Assembly: GCA_040880975.1 (NCBI GenBank)
Contig: JBBEEC010000048.1
Location: forward strand, 23,064-87,063
Origin: Bacteroidota bacterium
GTDB lineage: Bacteria; Bacteroidota; Ignavibacteria; UBA10030
Direction: 5' to 3'
DNA length: 64,000 bases
The notes beneath the pieces are model-generated. The model made no database searches. It had not been told where the DNA came from and saw nothing but the letters and a program-made list of their open reading frames with translations. How positions within the stretch are numbered: the stretch's first letter is position 1; each line of letters starts with the position of its first letter. Shown in pieces: positions 1 to 8,065 of this stretch. A program made the translations under genes and the position numbers.

Positions 1-212
1 GAATCGTCGTATCAATATCCACCGCAGCGCATACGTCCATTCCTGCCGAACCCTCTGTGGCATATGCAGGCAACGGGAGGTCATTCGAACCCACCCTTGA
101 TATCTTTACCGAGACGTGATCGGACACAACTGAAAGGGGTTAGTGGAAGGACTTTCGTTTTGAAAATATAGAGAGAGGTGGGCGCAAATGCAAGAGAGTT
201 AAAACGGAACGT

Positions 213-233
213 CGAATGACGAATGACGAATTT
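213..233. repeat. short heptamer tandem repeat (CGAATGA CGAATGA CGAATTT)
   Basis: Read directly: three consecutive 7-nt units, the last imperfect, in the non-coding stretch downstream (minus sense) of the anti-sigma-like gene. Confidence 0.6.
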
Positions 234-241
234 TAAATTCG
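227..241. repeat. perfect 15-nt palindrome CGAATTT-T-AAATTCG
   Basis: 7-nt arms are exact reverse complements around a single central T. It belongs to a recurring AATTCGAA-type intergenic motif (see findings). Confidence 0.6.
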
Positions 242-249
242 AATCAAAC

Positions 250-265
250 GCTTGCCTTTGCAAGC
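250..265 (-). terminator. candidate stem-loop downstream of the sigma/anti-sigma pair
   Basis: GCTTGC-CTTT-GCAAGC gives a 6-bp stem and 4-nt loop. On the minus strand it is followed by GTTTGATT. The stem is short and the U-tract weak. Confidence 0.3.
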
Positions 266-332
266 ACCAGGGAATGAAGAGGAAGGTCGTCAGAGAAGAG
301 CAATTTCTCCGGAAAATCCGATGTTGCCAGCT

Positions 333-1784
333 TTACTTAAGCGAATCGACCCAGACGCCGGCACTTTGTCTTCTTGGGCGTGATTGTGTCCCTTGCTTGA
401 AGACAGAATCCATCCGCATAAGCTCTCGCACTTGGGTTTCCTGCTCCCTCTGCAATTGCCGCATCATGGAATCCAGCTCGCCGCGTATCCCAGATGACAC
501 TTCAGGCGATTCGGGGATCACAGGAGCGATGCCTTCAACTCCGGTCCGAAATTCAAATCGGAAAAACTTGTCGCGCTGTCCCCGGGGCTGAACCACGACC
601 CGCGCCTCCTCAGCCTCTTTCGCCATGAACTCGGCATCGAGTTCGATCTTGATCATATCTGTCTCGCCGACCACACGCACGGGTGACCTGGAGAGACCCT
701 TTGATTGGTGTACGGAGGGGGCACTTACGGCACGCGACCTCATAAGCATTTCCAGTTTGCGCTCCATATCCGGAAACCGCGTACGAACCATGGTGCCGGG
801 GCGCATAATACTATCAACGTTGAGATTCAGTACTGCGACTGTAAATGAGTCCGGTGTGATAACAATGAAATCCTTCGGCTGATGCGGGACAACAAGGTGG
901 CCCATTGGGACATCGGGAGGAATCGGGGTATCCCGATGGCCTGCTGCGATCGCATAGGATGCGTTTCGTCTCTGCAAGAACTTGTCGAATCGATCCCTTT
1001 GTGCCGGAGCGAGAACAGCTGCGATCCTTGTGAGGACCACGCGATTCAGCCGGGTCAGTTCGGGATCAATGGCGAGGGCATTATTCTCGGAATAAAACAC
1101 CGCCTGCTCAATGAGTTTGCGAGCCTCCCCGAGAACAGAATCGATCTTGACTGCCTGTACCATCGAAGGCCGCACCTCCTCAAGCAACTCATGGACCGTC
1201 ACTCTCGGCCTCACCTGTTCGCCTGTCAACCCGACTTCGATCCGATATCCCTCGGCAATTCCTTCATCCACTCGCAGGGCCGTTTCAGATTCCTTGTCGA
1301 GCGGAAGAGTCCCAAACAGGGCGTACTGAAGCACATCATCATTGCCGATGTTCGCAAAGAGGGGCATCACGGCCCCCTTGAGGATACTGCTTTCGTACAC
1401 CTCCTGCACAACGGCAGACCTTTCAGAAAGATACTGAAGAAGTGGCTCGCGTTGCACAAAGACGGTGACACCCAAGGCAACAAAAGCCAGGATTCCCATT
1501 GCAGAGGCAACCGGCAGGTACTTACGGGGGAACGGAAGGAGATTCCTTTCCTCTTCCTTTTGCGCATCGATGGCCTGAGACAGCCTGGTCCAGAAGTATG
1601 GATTAGGCGAAACGGCTCGACGATCATGCAGGAGCTCCTTCAGCGCTTTGCGTTCCCGAAGTTCTTGTGCAACTTCCGGATTGGCCGCAAGAAGTTCCTC
1701 GAGCTCCCTCTTCTGATTCTCATCAAGGGTGCCATCGACAGCAAGGAAAAGTAATAAAGATACACGTTGTGACAAGGGTTTCAT
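333..1784 (-). CDS. anti-sigma-factor-like single-pass membrane protein (large C-terminal domain of unknown function)
   Basis: 4-nt ATGA overlap with the upstream ECF sigma gene. The N-terminal ~60 aa form a helical, charged segment, followed by one hydrophobic helix (LPVASAMGILAFVALGVTVFV). No zinc-finger HC2 motif seen, so the anti-sigma role is contextual. Confidence 0.5.
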   Translation of the reverse strand: MKPLSQRVSLLLFLAVDGTLDENQKRELEELLAANPEVAQELRERKALKELLHDRRAVSPNPYFWTRLSQAIDAQKEEERNLLPFPRKYLPVASAMGILAFVALGVTVFVQREPLLQYLSERSAVVQEVYESSILKGAVMPLFANIGNDDVLQYALFGTLPLDKESETALRVDEGIAEGYRIEVGLTGEQVRPRVTVHELLEEVRPSMVQAVKIDSVLGEARKLIEQAVFYSENNALAIDPELTRLNRVVLTRIAAVLAPAQRDRFDKFLQRRNASYAIAAGHRDTPIPPDVPMGHLVVPHQPKDFIVITPDSFTVAVLNLNVDSIMRPGTMVRTRFPDMERKLEMLMRSRAVSAPSVHQSKGLSRSPVRVVGETDMIKIELDAEFMAKEAEEARVVVQPRGQRDKFFRFEFRTGVEGIAPVIPESPEVSSGIRGELDSMMRQLQREQETQVRELMRMDSVFKQGTQSRPRRQSAGVWVDSLK

Positions 1785-2515
1785 TCACCTGCCTCCTCGA
1801 GCAGGGGTTTCAGAATCGTTCTCAACATGGCCCTTCCGCGTGAAAGCCGGGATTTGACCGTGCCGATTTCGCATTGAAGAACCTCGGAGATCTCCTCGTA
1901 CGAGAGGCCATCGAGGTCCTTGAGAATCACCGGAAGGCGAAATTTCTCGGGCAGTGCTTTGAGCCCTTTTTCCACCAGCTCCTGCGTTTCAGAGTTTTTC
2001 GGATCGACCGTGGTGCGCTCCCTGAACTCACGATCCTCTGACTCCTCCAACGACTGGAATGAAAAGAACCGGCGGACCTTGCGCTTCCTTAGCTCGTCCC
2101 GGCTTCGATTGACCGCTATCCGGTATAACCACGTATAGAACGACGCTTCAAACCGAAACCGTCCGAGGCCTTCGTACGCCTTGATAAAGATCTCCTGTGC
2201 CAGATCATCAATGGTCGCGGGTTCATGAAAAATCGAATACAGGAGATTCCGGATCCGCTCCTGGTGTCGCTCTACCAGGAGACGGAACACACTGTCATCC
2301 CCGGCCTGAAAGAGGGAAACAAGGACCTCATCGCTTTTACTCTCAAGCCGATCATCGGCCGTTTGTGCAAGCATGCTCGCGGAATGGTCACTTGCTTTAT
2401 GCCGGGGTTCATTCATATAGACGGCTGAATCCATGGTGGAGTTCCCGGAATGTACCCGGGGGTTAAATGAGAAACCCGTATGATTCTCCAAGAAATGCGC
2501 CTCCTGAAGAGTCAT
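1781..2515 (-). CDS. ECF-type RNA polymerase sigma-70 family factor
   Basis: Region 2 (FRLLVERHQERIRNLLYSIF..AQEIFIKAYEGL..YTWLYRIAVNRSRDELRK) and region 4 HTH (LSYEEISEVLQCEIGTVKSRLSRGRAML). The longest ORF is given; the real start is probably an internal Met (2434, 2416 or 2374). Confidence 0.85.
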   Translation of the reverse strand: MTLQEAHFLENHTGFSFNPRVHSGNSTMDSAVYMNEPRHKASDHSASMLAQTADDRLESKSDEVLVSLFQAGDDSVFRLLVERHQERIRNLLYSIFHEPATIDDLAQEIFIKAYEGLGRFRFEASFYTWLYRIAVNRSRDELRKRKVRRFFSFQSLEESEDREFRERTTVDPKNSETQELVEKGLKALPEKFRLPVILKDLDGLSYEEISEVLQCEIGTVKSRLSRGRAMLRTILKPLLEEAGE

Positions 2516-2542
2516 ACGGGTTTTTGCCGGGAAAGTTCTCCG

Positions 2543-3805
2543 TTACGCGGCCTCTTCCTTGACCGGGTGGGCCCCCACCCTTTTTTCGAATTCATCCCTG
2601 AAGCGTCGGATCATCGACTGGACGGGCCATGCCGCGGCGTCACCGAGCGCGCAGATCGTATTGCCTTCGATGTTGTTCGCTATATCCATCAGGAGATCAA
2701 TATCCTCCCCTCGTCCTTCGCCCCGCACAAATCTATTCAGAACTTTCTCAAGCCATCCGGTTCCCTCCCGGCATGGCGTGCATTGTCCGCAGGATTCGTG
2801 ATGATAGAATTTTGCGATCCGCGCAAGCACCGCAAGGAGGTCAGTATCTTCATCCATGACGATAAGCCCCGCAGTACCGACGGCAGAGCCGGCAGCCTTC
2901 ATCGAGTCTGCATCCATCGAAACGCCTTCGAGCTGGTCTCCTCGTAAGATCGGTGTTGAAGAGCCGCCGGGAATGACCGCTTTGATTGCTTTGTTTCCCG
3001 GAACTCCTCCTGCGTACTTGTGAATAATCTCCAGAAGTGGAACGCCCGTCGGCATTTCAAATACGCCCGGATGATTCACGTGACCGCTCACTCCCACTAA
3101 AATGGGACCGGGATGCTTGGGAGCTCCAATCTTCGAATACCAGTCCCACCCGTTGTTGATAATGCACGGAACGTTGCTGAGCGTTTCCACATTGTTGATG
3201 GTCGTCGGGCAACCCCACAATCCGTACTGTGCCGGAAACGGAGGCTTGATCCTCGGATACCCGCGCTCACCTTCAAGAGAATTCATCAGAGCGGATTCTT
3301 CGCCGCAGATATATGCTCCTGCTCCTTTATGGACGATGATCTCTGCGGAAAATTCCGAACCAAGGATGTTCTTTCCAACGTAGCCGCGAGTTCTTGCATC
3401 ATCAAGGGCTTTCTCCACCATCCGGATCCACTTCCCGTACTCTCCCCGGATGTAAATGAAAGCGGTCGTGATTCCCATCGCATAGCATGCTACCAGTGTG
3501 CCTTCGAGAAGCAGATGCGGATTGGATTCAAAGATCTGACGGTCTTTGAACGTTCCTGGTTCCGACTCATCCCCGTTGACACAGAGGTACTTTGGCTTGT
3601 CGGTCTTCTTCGGCATGAACGTCCATTTAAGCCCTGTGGGGAAACATGCTCCTCCGCGGCCGCGCAGATTCGACTTCTTCACTTCGTCGGTCACCGCTTC
3701 GGGGGCCATACCAATCGATTTTTTGAACGCCTTGTAGCCGCCGTTCGCCTCATAGACGTCAATCGTATGGAGCTTCGGAATGTTCGGAAGAATAACAGGG
3801 TCCAT
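2543..3805 (-). CDS. nuoF: NADH-quinone oxidoreductase subunit F (51-kDa, FMN/NADH-binding)
   Basis: Motifs GRGGACFPTGLKW, GAGAYICGEESAL and the N3 cluster motif ESCGQCTPCREG. 1-nt overlap with nuoE. Confidence 0.95.
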   Translation of the reverse strand: MDPVILPNIPKLHTIDVYEANGGYKAFKKSIGMAPEAVTDEVKKSNLRGRGGACFPTGLKWTFMPKKTDKPKYLCVNGDESEPGTFKDRQIFESNPHLLLEGTLVACYAMGITTAFIYIRGEYGKWIRMVEKALDDARTRGYVGKNILGSEFSAEIIVHKGAGAYICGEESALMNSLEGERGYPRIKPPFPAQYGLWGCPTTINNVETLSNVPCIINNGWDWYSKIGAPKHPGPILVGVSGHVNHPGVFEMPTGVPLLEIIHKYAGGVPGNKAIKAVIPGGSSTPILRGDQLEGVSMDADSMKAAGSAVGTAGLIVMDEDTDLLAVLARIAKFYHHESCGQCTPCREGTGWLEKVLNRFVRGEGRGEDIDLLMDIANNIEGNTICALGDAAAWPVQSMIRRFRDEFEKRVGAHPVKEEAA

Positions 3806-4287
3806 TACGCTCCCACCTTCCGTTTCGATGCACTTTCGATCATCCGCTCGACCCCCTCGGGGGTCAGGTTCTCATAATATTCCTCTCCGATAGCGCACAT
3901 CGGTGCCCCGCCACACGCCCCCATGCATTCCACCTCCGAGAGCGTCCAGGCTCCATCGTTTGAGGTCTCGCCCATTTTAATACCAAGCTTCTCTTCAAGC
4001 TCCCGAACGATCTTCTGGGATCCCCGAATCATGCAAGAGACATTCGTGCACACCTCGATGTGATTCCTGCCAACCGGCTTCGTGTGGTACATGGTGTAGA
4101 ACGTCACAACGCCGAGGATATGTCCGAAGGGCAGCTTCAGAAGGGCGGCGACCTCCTTCATGGTATCCTGGGAGATGAACCCGTACTGCTCCTGGGCGAT
4201 CCACAGTACCGGAAGGACAAGGGCCTGAGAGTGGGGGTAACTTTTTTTGAGGTTTTCGATACGTTGGAGATTTTGAGGAGTTAGCAT
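3805..4287 (-). CDS. nuoE: NADH-quinone oxidoreductase subunit E (24-kDa, 2Fe-2S)
   Basis: Cys pattern CTNVSC...ECMGACGGAP and typical length (160 aa), immediately upstream of nuoF. Confidence 0.92.
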   Translation of the reverse strand: MLTPQNLQRIENLKKSYPHSQALVLPVLWIAQEQYGFISQDTMKEVAALLKLPFGHILGVVTFYTMYHTKPVGRNHIEVCTNVSCMIRGSQKIVRELEEKLGIKMGETSNDGAWTLSEVECMGACGGAPMCAIGEEYYENLTPEGVERMIESASKRKVGA

Positions 4288-4296
4288 ACGGATTGC

Positions 4297-4320
4297 GAAT
4301 TTCGAATTGGCAATTGCAAA
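4297..4320. repeat. direct-repeat copy 1 flanking the four-helix-bundle gene (GAATTTCGAATTGGCAATTGCAAA)
   Basis: About 20 of 25 aligned positions match 4728..4752, with a 12/13 core TGGCAATT(G/C)CAAA. A second short repeat, GCAA(A)ATAGTG, occurs at 4316..4326 and 4694..4702. Confidence 0.6.
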
Positions 4321-4330
4321 ATAGTGTACA

Positions 4331-4693
4331 TCATCGATTGAGTTTTGCGGTCTTTCCAGATGCCGTAAACATTGCCGTCAACTCCGTTGCCTCTCGATGA
4401 AGGTCGTGGGCCGATTCAGAAGAATTGATCCCTGAATCAATGACCATCTCAAGCCAACATTGCGACTCGTCAGCTTCTTCTTCGACGATGGTGATCTTAG
4501 AAATAAAGTCACGCCGCGATCGAGCCTTGCGGGCTGAGCGATAATTTGCAGCCACTGATGTTCCAGTCCGAAGGAGTTGTCCCCCGATAATATCGGCAGC
4601 CTTCGTTCTTGGGAAAGCTCCAACGAATTGAATTACTCGCAGGGCGAACTGTTTAGTCCGTGCCCCCAACTCGCTTGCATCCGTACCCCCCAT
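4331..4693 (-). CDS. four-helix-bundle protein (23S rRNA intervening-sequence protein / DGR Avd-like family)
   Basis: 120 aa. Characteristic G.QL.R...SV.ANY..A....S..DF..K....EEE..E...WLE pattern (GGQLLRTGTSVAANYRSARKARSRRDFISKITIVEEEADESQCWLEM). Confidence 0.85.
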   Translation of the reverse strand: MGGTDASELGARTKQFALRVIQFVGAFPRTKAADIIGGQLLRTGTSVAANYRSARKARSRRDFISKITIVEEEADESQCWLEMVIDSGINSSESAHDLHREATELTAMFTASGKTAKLNR

Positions 4694-4727
4694 GCAATAG
4701 TGACCACTTATGCCAGATTCACATCCT

Positions 4728-4752
4728 CAAATTCGCAACTGGCAATTCCAAA
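4728..4752. repeat. direct-repeat copy 2 flanking the four-helix-bundle gene (CAAATTCGCAACTGGCAATTCCAAA)
   Basis: See 4297..4320. It lies between the nuoD stop and the four-helix-bundle start. Confidence 0.6.
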
Positions 4753-4760
4753 TTCGAAAT

Positions 4761-6020
4761 CTACTTATCCGCTTCTCCCATCACCGGATCAAGACTTCCG
4801 ATGATCGCCACGATATCGGAGATCATCGAACCCTGTAACATGACGGGGAGCGACTGGATGTTCACGAACGACGGGGATCTGATCTTCATGCGCCAGGGGT
4901 TGCCGTCGCCGTTGCTGTAAAAATAGAATCCGAGTTCCCCTTTCGGGGCTTCCACCGCGTGATAGATTTCTCCGACCGGCGGATCGACGCCGAAATTGAT
5001 GAGCATGAAATCGTGGATCAACTCTTCCATCCTGGTATAGATCCGCTCTTTTTTGGGAAGGACTTTCTTCGGCTCGAACGCGTGGATACTTCCCTGGGGA
5101 ATTTTTTCGAGGAGCTGAATGAGCATTTTGCGGCTTTCTTTCATCTCGTCCATACGCACATAATATCTCGCGAGCGTATCACCGCCCTCATAAACCGGGA
5201 CGTTGAACTCAAGCTGGTTGTATACCAGGTACGGATTGGCACGCCGCAGGTCGTGGCCCACGCCACAAGCCCGAAGACATGGCCCTGTCACGCCAAGATC
5301 AATGGCCTGCTCCCGGGTGATCACGCCGATCCCATCGGTGCGTTCCACAAAGATCCTGTTCTTATTCAGCAGACGCTCGCATTCATGAAGGTTTTCCGGA
5401 AAATCATTAATAAATGTCCGGATCATCCCCTCCGCTTGGGGTGTCATATCATGGGCAAGGCCGCCGATGCGTGTATGGCTCGTGGTAAACCTTGCACCGA
5501 CGAGGTTCTCGAAGATATCGTAGAGTTTTTCCCGTTCGCGGAAGCTCCACATGAAGACCGTCAACGCGCCGACATCCATTGCCATGGATCCCAACCAAAG
5601 GAGATGCGAGGACAAGCGTGCAAGCTCGGTGATGATCGTGCGCAGGTACTGGGCTCTCGGCGGAGCCTCAATGCCGAGAAGTTTCTCGACGGCAAGGATG
5701 TAGGCAACGTTATTCGAGAGCGGGGAGAGATAATCGAGTCGGTCAGTGTGGGGAATAAACTCGTGGTATGACGATGCCTCGGCGAGTTTTTCGTACCCGC
5801 GATGGAGGTACCCCACCTCAGGTACGCACCCAGTGACTGTTTCGCCATCCAGGCGGACGAGCAGCCGGAGTACGCCATGCGTTGCCGGATGCTGCGGACC
5901 CATGTTCAGAATCAGGTCGTTCTCAAGCGGATCGGCATACGAGATCGAGGTGTTCTGATCTTCCAGAGCCTGGAGAATTTTAGATTTTCGTACGGGTTCG
6001 CGGGTCGCGGTGGTTTCCAT
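4761..6020 (-). CDS. nuoD: NADH-quinone oxidoreductase subunit D (49-kDa)
   Basis: GPQHPATHGVLRL motif and full-length conservation. I chose the start at METTATREP (6020), 4 nt after the nuoC stop. The longest ORF (to 6143) would overlap nuoC by 119 nt. Confidence 0.95.
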   Translation of the reverse strand: METTATREPVRKSKILQALEDQNTSISYADPLENDLILNMGPQHPATHGVLRLLVRLDGETVTGCVPEVGYLHRGYEKLAEASSYHEFIPHTDRLDYLSPLSNNVAYILAVEKLLGIEAPPRAQYLRTIITELARLSSHLLWLGSMAMDVGALTVFMWSFREREKLYDIFENLVGARFTTSHTRIGGLAHDMTPQAEGMIRTFINDFPENLHECERLLNKNRIFVERTDGIGVITREQAIDLGVTGPCLRACGVGHDLRRANPYLVYNQLEFNVPVYEGGDTLARYYVRMDEMKESRKMLIQLLEKIPQGSIHAFEPKKVLPKKERIYTRMEELIHDFMLINFGVDPPVGEIYHAVEAPKGELGFYFYSNGDGNPWRMKIRSPSFVNIQSLPVMLQGSMISDIVAIIGSLDPVMGEADK

Positions 6021-6024
6021 GAGG

Positions 6025-6504
6025 TCACTTCTTCGGAAGATGCAGAGAACCCGGTATACCCATGAGAGGGAAGTCTTTGCGCAGCGGGTAATGCTCGAAA
6101 TCGTCGGGCATATAGATGCGTCGGAGGTCCGGATGGCCGTCAAAAATGATCCCGAACATGTCGTAGGTTTCCCGTTCGTGCCAATTCGCTGTCGCCCACA
6201 CGGTTGTCACCGTGGAGAGATGGGGGTTCGACTCCTCAACGAACACTTTCAAACGAAGGCGATGGCGGTGTTGAAAGGAGTAGAGATTGTACACGACGCA
6301 AAAACGCTTCACAGGGGTGTACATGTCGAGCCCGCACGCGTCTGCCAGGAGTTCGTAGCGAAACTCTCCCGTTTTCAGGAATCGGCAAATCTCCACGAGA
6401 CGGTCGGCAGCCACAACGATGCTCATCTCGTTCCGGAATTCACCCGATTCAAGAATGGCCTCACCGAACAACGATTGGAGTTTCTGAAGGACGATCTGAT
6501 TCAT
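6025..6504 (-). CDS. nuoC: NADH-quinone oxidoreductase subunit C (30-kDa)
   Basis: ERETYDMFGIIFDGHPDLRRI motif; position between nuoB and nuoD. Confidence 0.92.
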   Translation of the reverse strand: MNQIVLQKLQSLFGEAILESGEFRNEMSIVVAADRLVEICRFLKTGEFRYELLADACGLDMYTPVKRFCVVYNLYSFQHRHRLRLKVFVEESNPHLSTVTTVWATANWHERETYDMFGIIFDGHPDLRRIYMPDDFEHYPLRKDFPLMGIPGSLHLPKK

Positions 6505-7059
6505 TTACGCGGGTATTGATGGGGACCGATCGCGATGCGGAAAATCTCCGATCAGAGTGGTGGCACTGCCGCGGCTTTCTCCGTTTTGTACTTTCTTTTG
6601 CAGAATCATCAGCGCATTCAGCAGATTATCCGGCCGTGGAGGGCATCCGGCAACATACAGATCCACAGGGAGAAACTGATCGATCCCCTGCACGACGGAA
6701 TAGGTACGATACATTCCGCCGGATGAGGTGCACGCCCCCATGGCAATCACCCATTTCGGATCCGGCATCTGATCGTAGATCTTCCGTACAACCTTTGCCA
6801 TTTTATAGGTGGTCGTACCGGCCACGATCATCACATCTGCTTGACGCGGAGAGAATCGAAACACTTCGGAACCGAATCGGGAAGAGTCGAATCTTGGCCC
6901 CGCGAATGCCATCATCTCGATGGCGCAACACGAGATACCCATGGGCATGGGAAAGAGCGAGTTCTTCCGGCACCAGTTGATGGCATCTTCGACCTTTGTC
7001 AACATCAGGCTATCGCCCAAGGCTTGTTCTAATCCCATTCCAACGCTCCTTTTCTCCAA
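6505..7059 (-). CDS. nuoB: NADH-quinone oxidoreductase subunit B (20-kDa, N2 cluster)
   Basis: Motifs [18 protein letters not shown] and GCPPRP. Either start (7059 or the Met at 7038) overlaps the nuoA 3' end. Confidence 0.92.
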   Translation of the reverse strand: MEKRSVGMGLEQALGDSLMLTKVEDAINWCRKNSLFPMPMGISCCAIEMMAFAGPRFDSSRFGSEVFRFSPRQADVMIVAGTTTYKMAKVVRKIYDQMPDPKWVIAMGACTSSGGMYRTYSVVQGIDQFLPVDLYVAGCPPRPDNLLNALMILQKKVQNGESRGSATTLIGDFPHRDRSPSIPA

Positions 7060-7385
7060 ACGTAAAAATATCCAACGAGGAGAACGAAGATGAATGTCAC
7101 CATGCTGAAAAATCCCACCGGGCCAAGGTCGGAAAACGACACCGCCCAGGGGTACATGAACACAATTTCGATGTCAAACAAAATGAAGAGAACCGCCACC
7201 ATGTAAAACTTCACCGAGAAACGTTCACGGGCGGTGCGGATCGGCTCCATTCCGCTTTCATAGGTCGTCAGCTTTTCCTCCGTGGGGCGTTTCGGACCAA
7301 GCCACTCATTGACCTTGACGGCCACGATGCCAAAGATGACAGCGGCGGTCAGCATGAGGAAGATCGGTATATAGTTTTCGACCAT
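7029..7385 (-). CDS. nuoA: NADH-quinone oxidoreductase subunit A
   Basis: 118 aa, three hydrophobic helices, YESGMEP and [11 protein letters not shown] motifs. First gene of the nuo block. Confidence 0.9.
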   Translation of the reverse strand: MVENYIPIFLMLTAAVIFGIVAVKVNEWLGPKRPTEEKLTTYESGMEPIRTARERFSVKFYMVAVLFILFDIEIVFMYPWAVSFSDLGPVGFFSMVTFIFVLLVGYFYVWRKGALEWD

Positions 7386-7514
7386 GGGAGCAGGAAATAA
7401 GGCGGAATTTGCTGATTTTCTACAGTGAAGTTTATGGAAAATTGGAATGAAAGTAAAGACCGCGAGGGGGGGAATCGGGTTTTGCGGGAGCGAAAATGCA
7501 GATTGTATTAGGAA

Positions 7515-7542
7515 TTGAGTGCGAGAATTCGTATCTTATCAT
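7515..7542 (+). promoter_or_regulatory. candidate sigma70-type promoter for the cold-shock gene (TTGAGT-16 nt-TATCAT)
   Basis: Read by eye. It would give a leader of about 220 nt. An overlapping alternative is TTGTCA (7542..7547)-17 nt-TACACA. No experimental support. Confidence 0.3.
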
Positions 7543-7665
7543 TGTCAACTAACAGTACACCGTCTACACATCTTCAAGTCCCTGTTTCTGAGAAATCGGA
7601 AACGGATCCACTGCTGCCCGCTTAGGTACCTTCCAAGGTTCAACGCCGTCAGTCAGATGAGAGCT

Positions 7666-7742
7666 CACGAGATGTGTCTCGTGGGAAGGAAGTGATGTTC
7701 AGGTAAGTTCGGCGTACACCTTCTCCGGCGGTTGAGCCGGAG
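7666..7742 (+). promoter_or_regulatory. structured 5' leader of the cold-shock gene (two 7-bp hairpins)
   Basis: First hairpin: CACGAGA-TGTG-TCTCGTG (7666..7683). Second hairpin: CTCCGGC-GGTTGA-GCCGGAG (7723..7742). An AAGGA Shine-Dalgarno lies about 8 nt before the ATG. Confidence 0.5.
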
Positions 7743-7768
7743 GTTACTTAATCGAAAGGACTCGTTCC

Positions 7769-7969
7769 ATGGAAAAAGGAACAGTCAAGTGGTTCAACGG
7801 AGCCAAAGGCTTCGGATTCATTTCACGCAGTGGCGGCAGCGATGTGTTTGTGCATTTTCGCGCCATCAATGGTGACGGGTACAAGACCCTGAATGAAGGC
7901 GACGCCGTTGAATTCGAAGTCGAGAATGGCCCCAAAGGCCCCTCGGCCAAGAACGTCACGGCCGTCTAA
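7769..7969 (+). CDS. cspA: cold-shock protein, CspA family (CSD)
   Basis: 66 aa. RNP1 motif KGFGFI and RNP2 motif VFVHF; GTVKWFN start. Confidence 0.95.
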   Translation: MEKGTVKWFNGAKGFGFISRSGGSDVFVHFRAINGDGYKTLNEGDAVEFEVENGPKGPSAKNVTAV

Positions 7970-7993
7970 TCAACGAATCGGACCATCACAGAG

Positions 7994-8015
7994 CCCCGCC
8001 ACCCGGCGGGGTTTT
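7994..8015 (+). terminator. rho-independent terminator of the cold-shock gene
   Basis: CCCCGCC-ACCC-GGCGGGG (7-bp GC stem) followed by TTTT, 25 nt after the stop codon. Confidence 0.75.
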
Positions 8016-8065
8016 GTGTTTAGAGACCTTCGACAACCCCTCCCTCCCTGCTCTCCAGCTTCAAT

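Noticed and set aside
70-100. A GGGTTCGAATG stretch on the minus strand that resembles a tRNA T-loop (GGTTCGAAT).
   Set aside because: The flanking bases do not pair into a T-stem (GTGGG versus GACCT). I could not draw an acceptor, D-arm or anticodon arm. A short frame opening at an ATG (84..82, minus strand) runs to the window edge but is too short to call.
882-1754. Long plus-strand ORFs antisense to the minus-strand genes (for example 882..1754, 10292..11230, 21086..22324, 36648..37946, 43663..44664, 55983..56864).
   Set aside because: They exactly shadow well-supported minus-strand genes. They are Arg/Pro/Gly/Ser/His-rich with no recognisable motifs. Open antisense frames of this kind are expected in moderately GC-rich coding DNA.
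4331-4693. Possibility that the Avd-like four-helix-bundle gene marks a diversity-generating retroelement.
   Set aside because: No reverse transcriptase gene and no template/variable repeat pair are present nearby or anywhere in the window.
4761-6143. N-terminal extensions in the longest-ORF calls for nuoD (to 6143), the ferredoxin (to 23929), the heparinase-like protein (to 46737), the GH15-like protein (to 51373) and P2 (to 38396).
   Set aside because: The extensions overlap the upstream genes by 19-132 nt and have odd composition. The internal Met starts instead give conserved N-termini, signal or Tat peptides, and ATGA or short-gap junctions.
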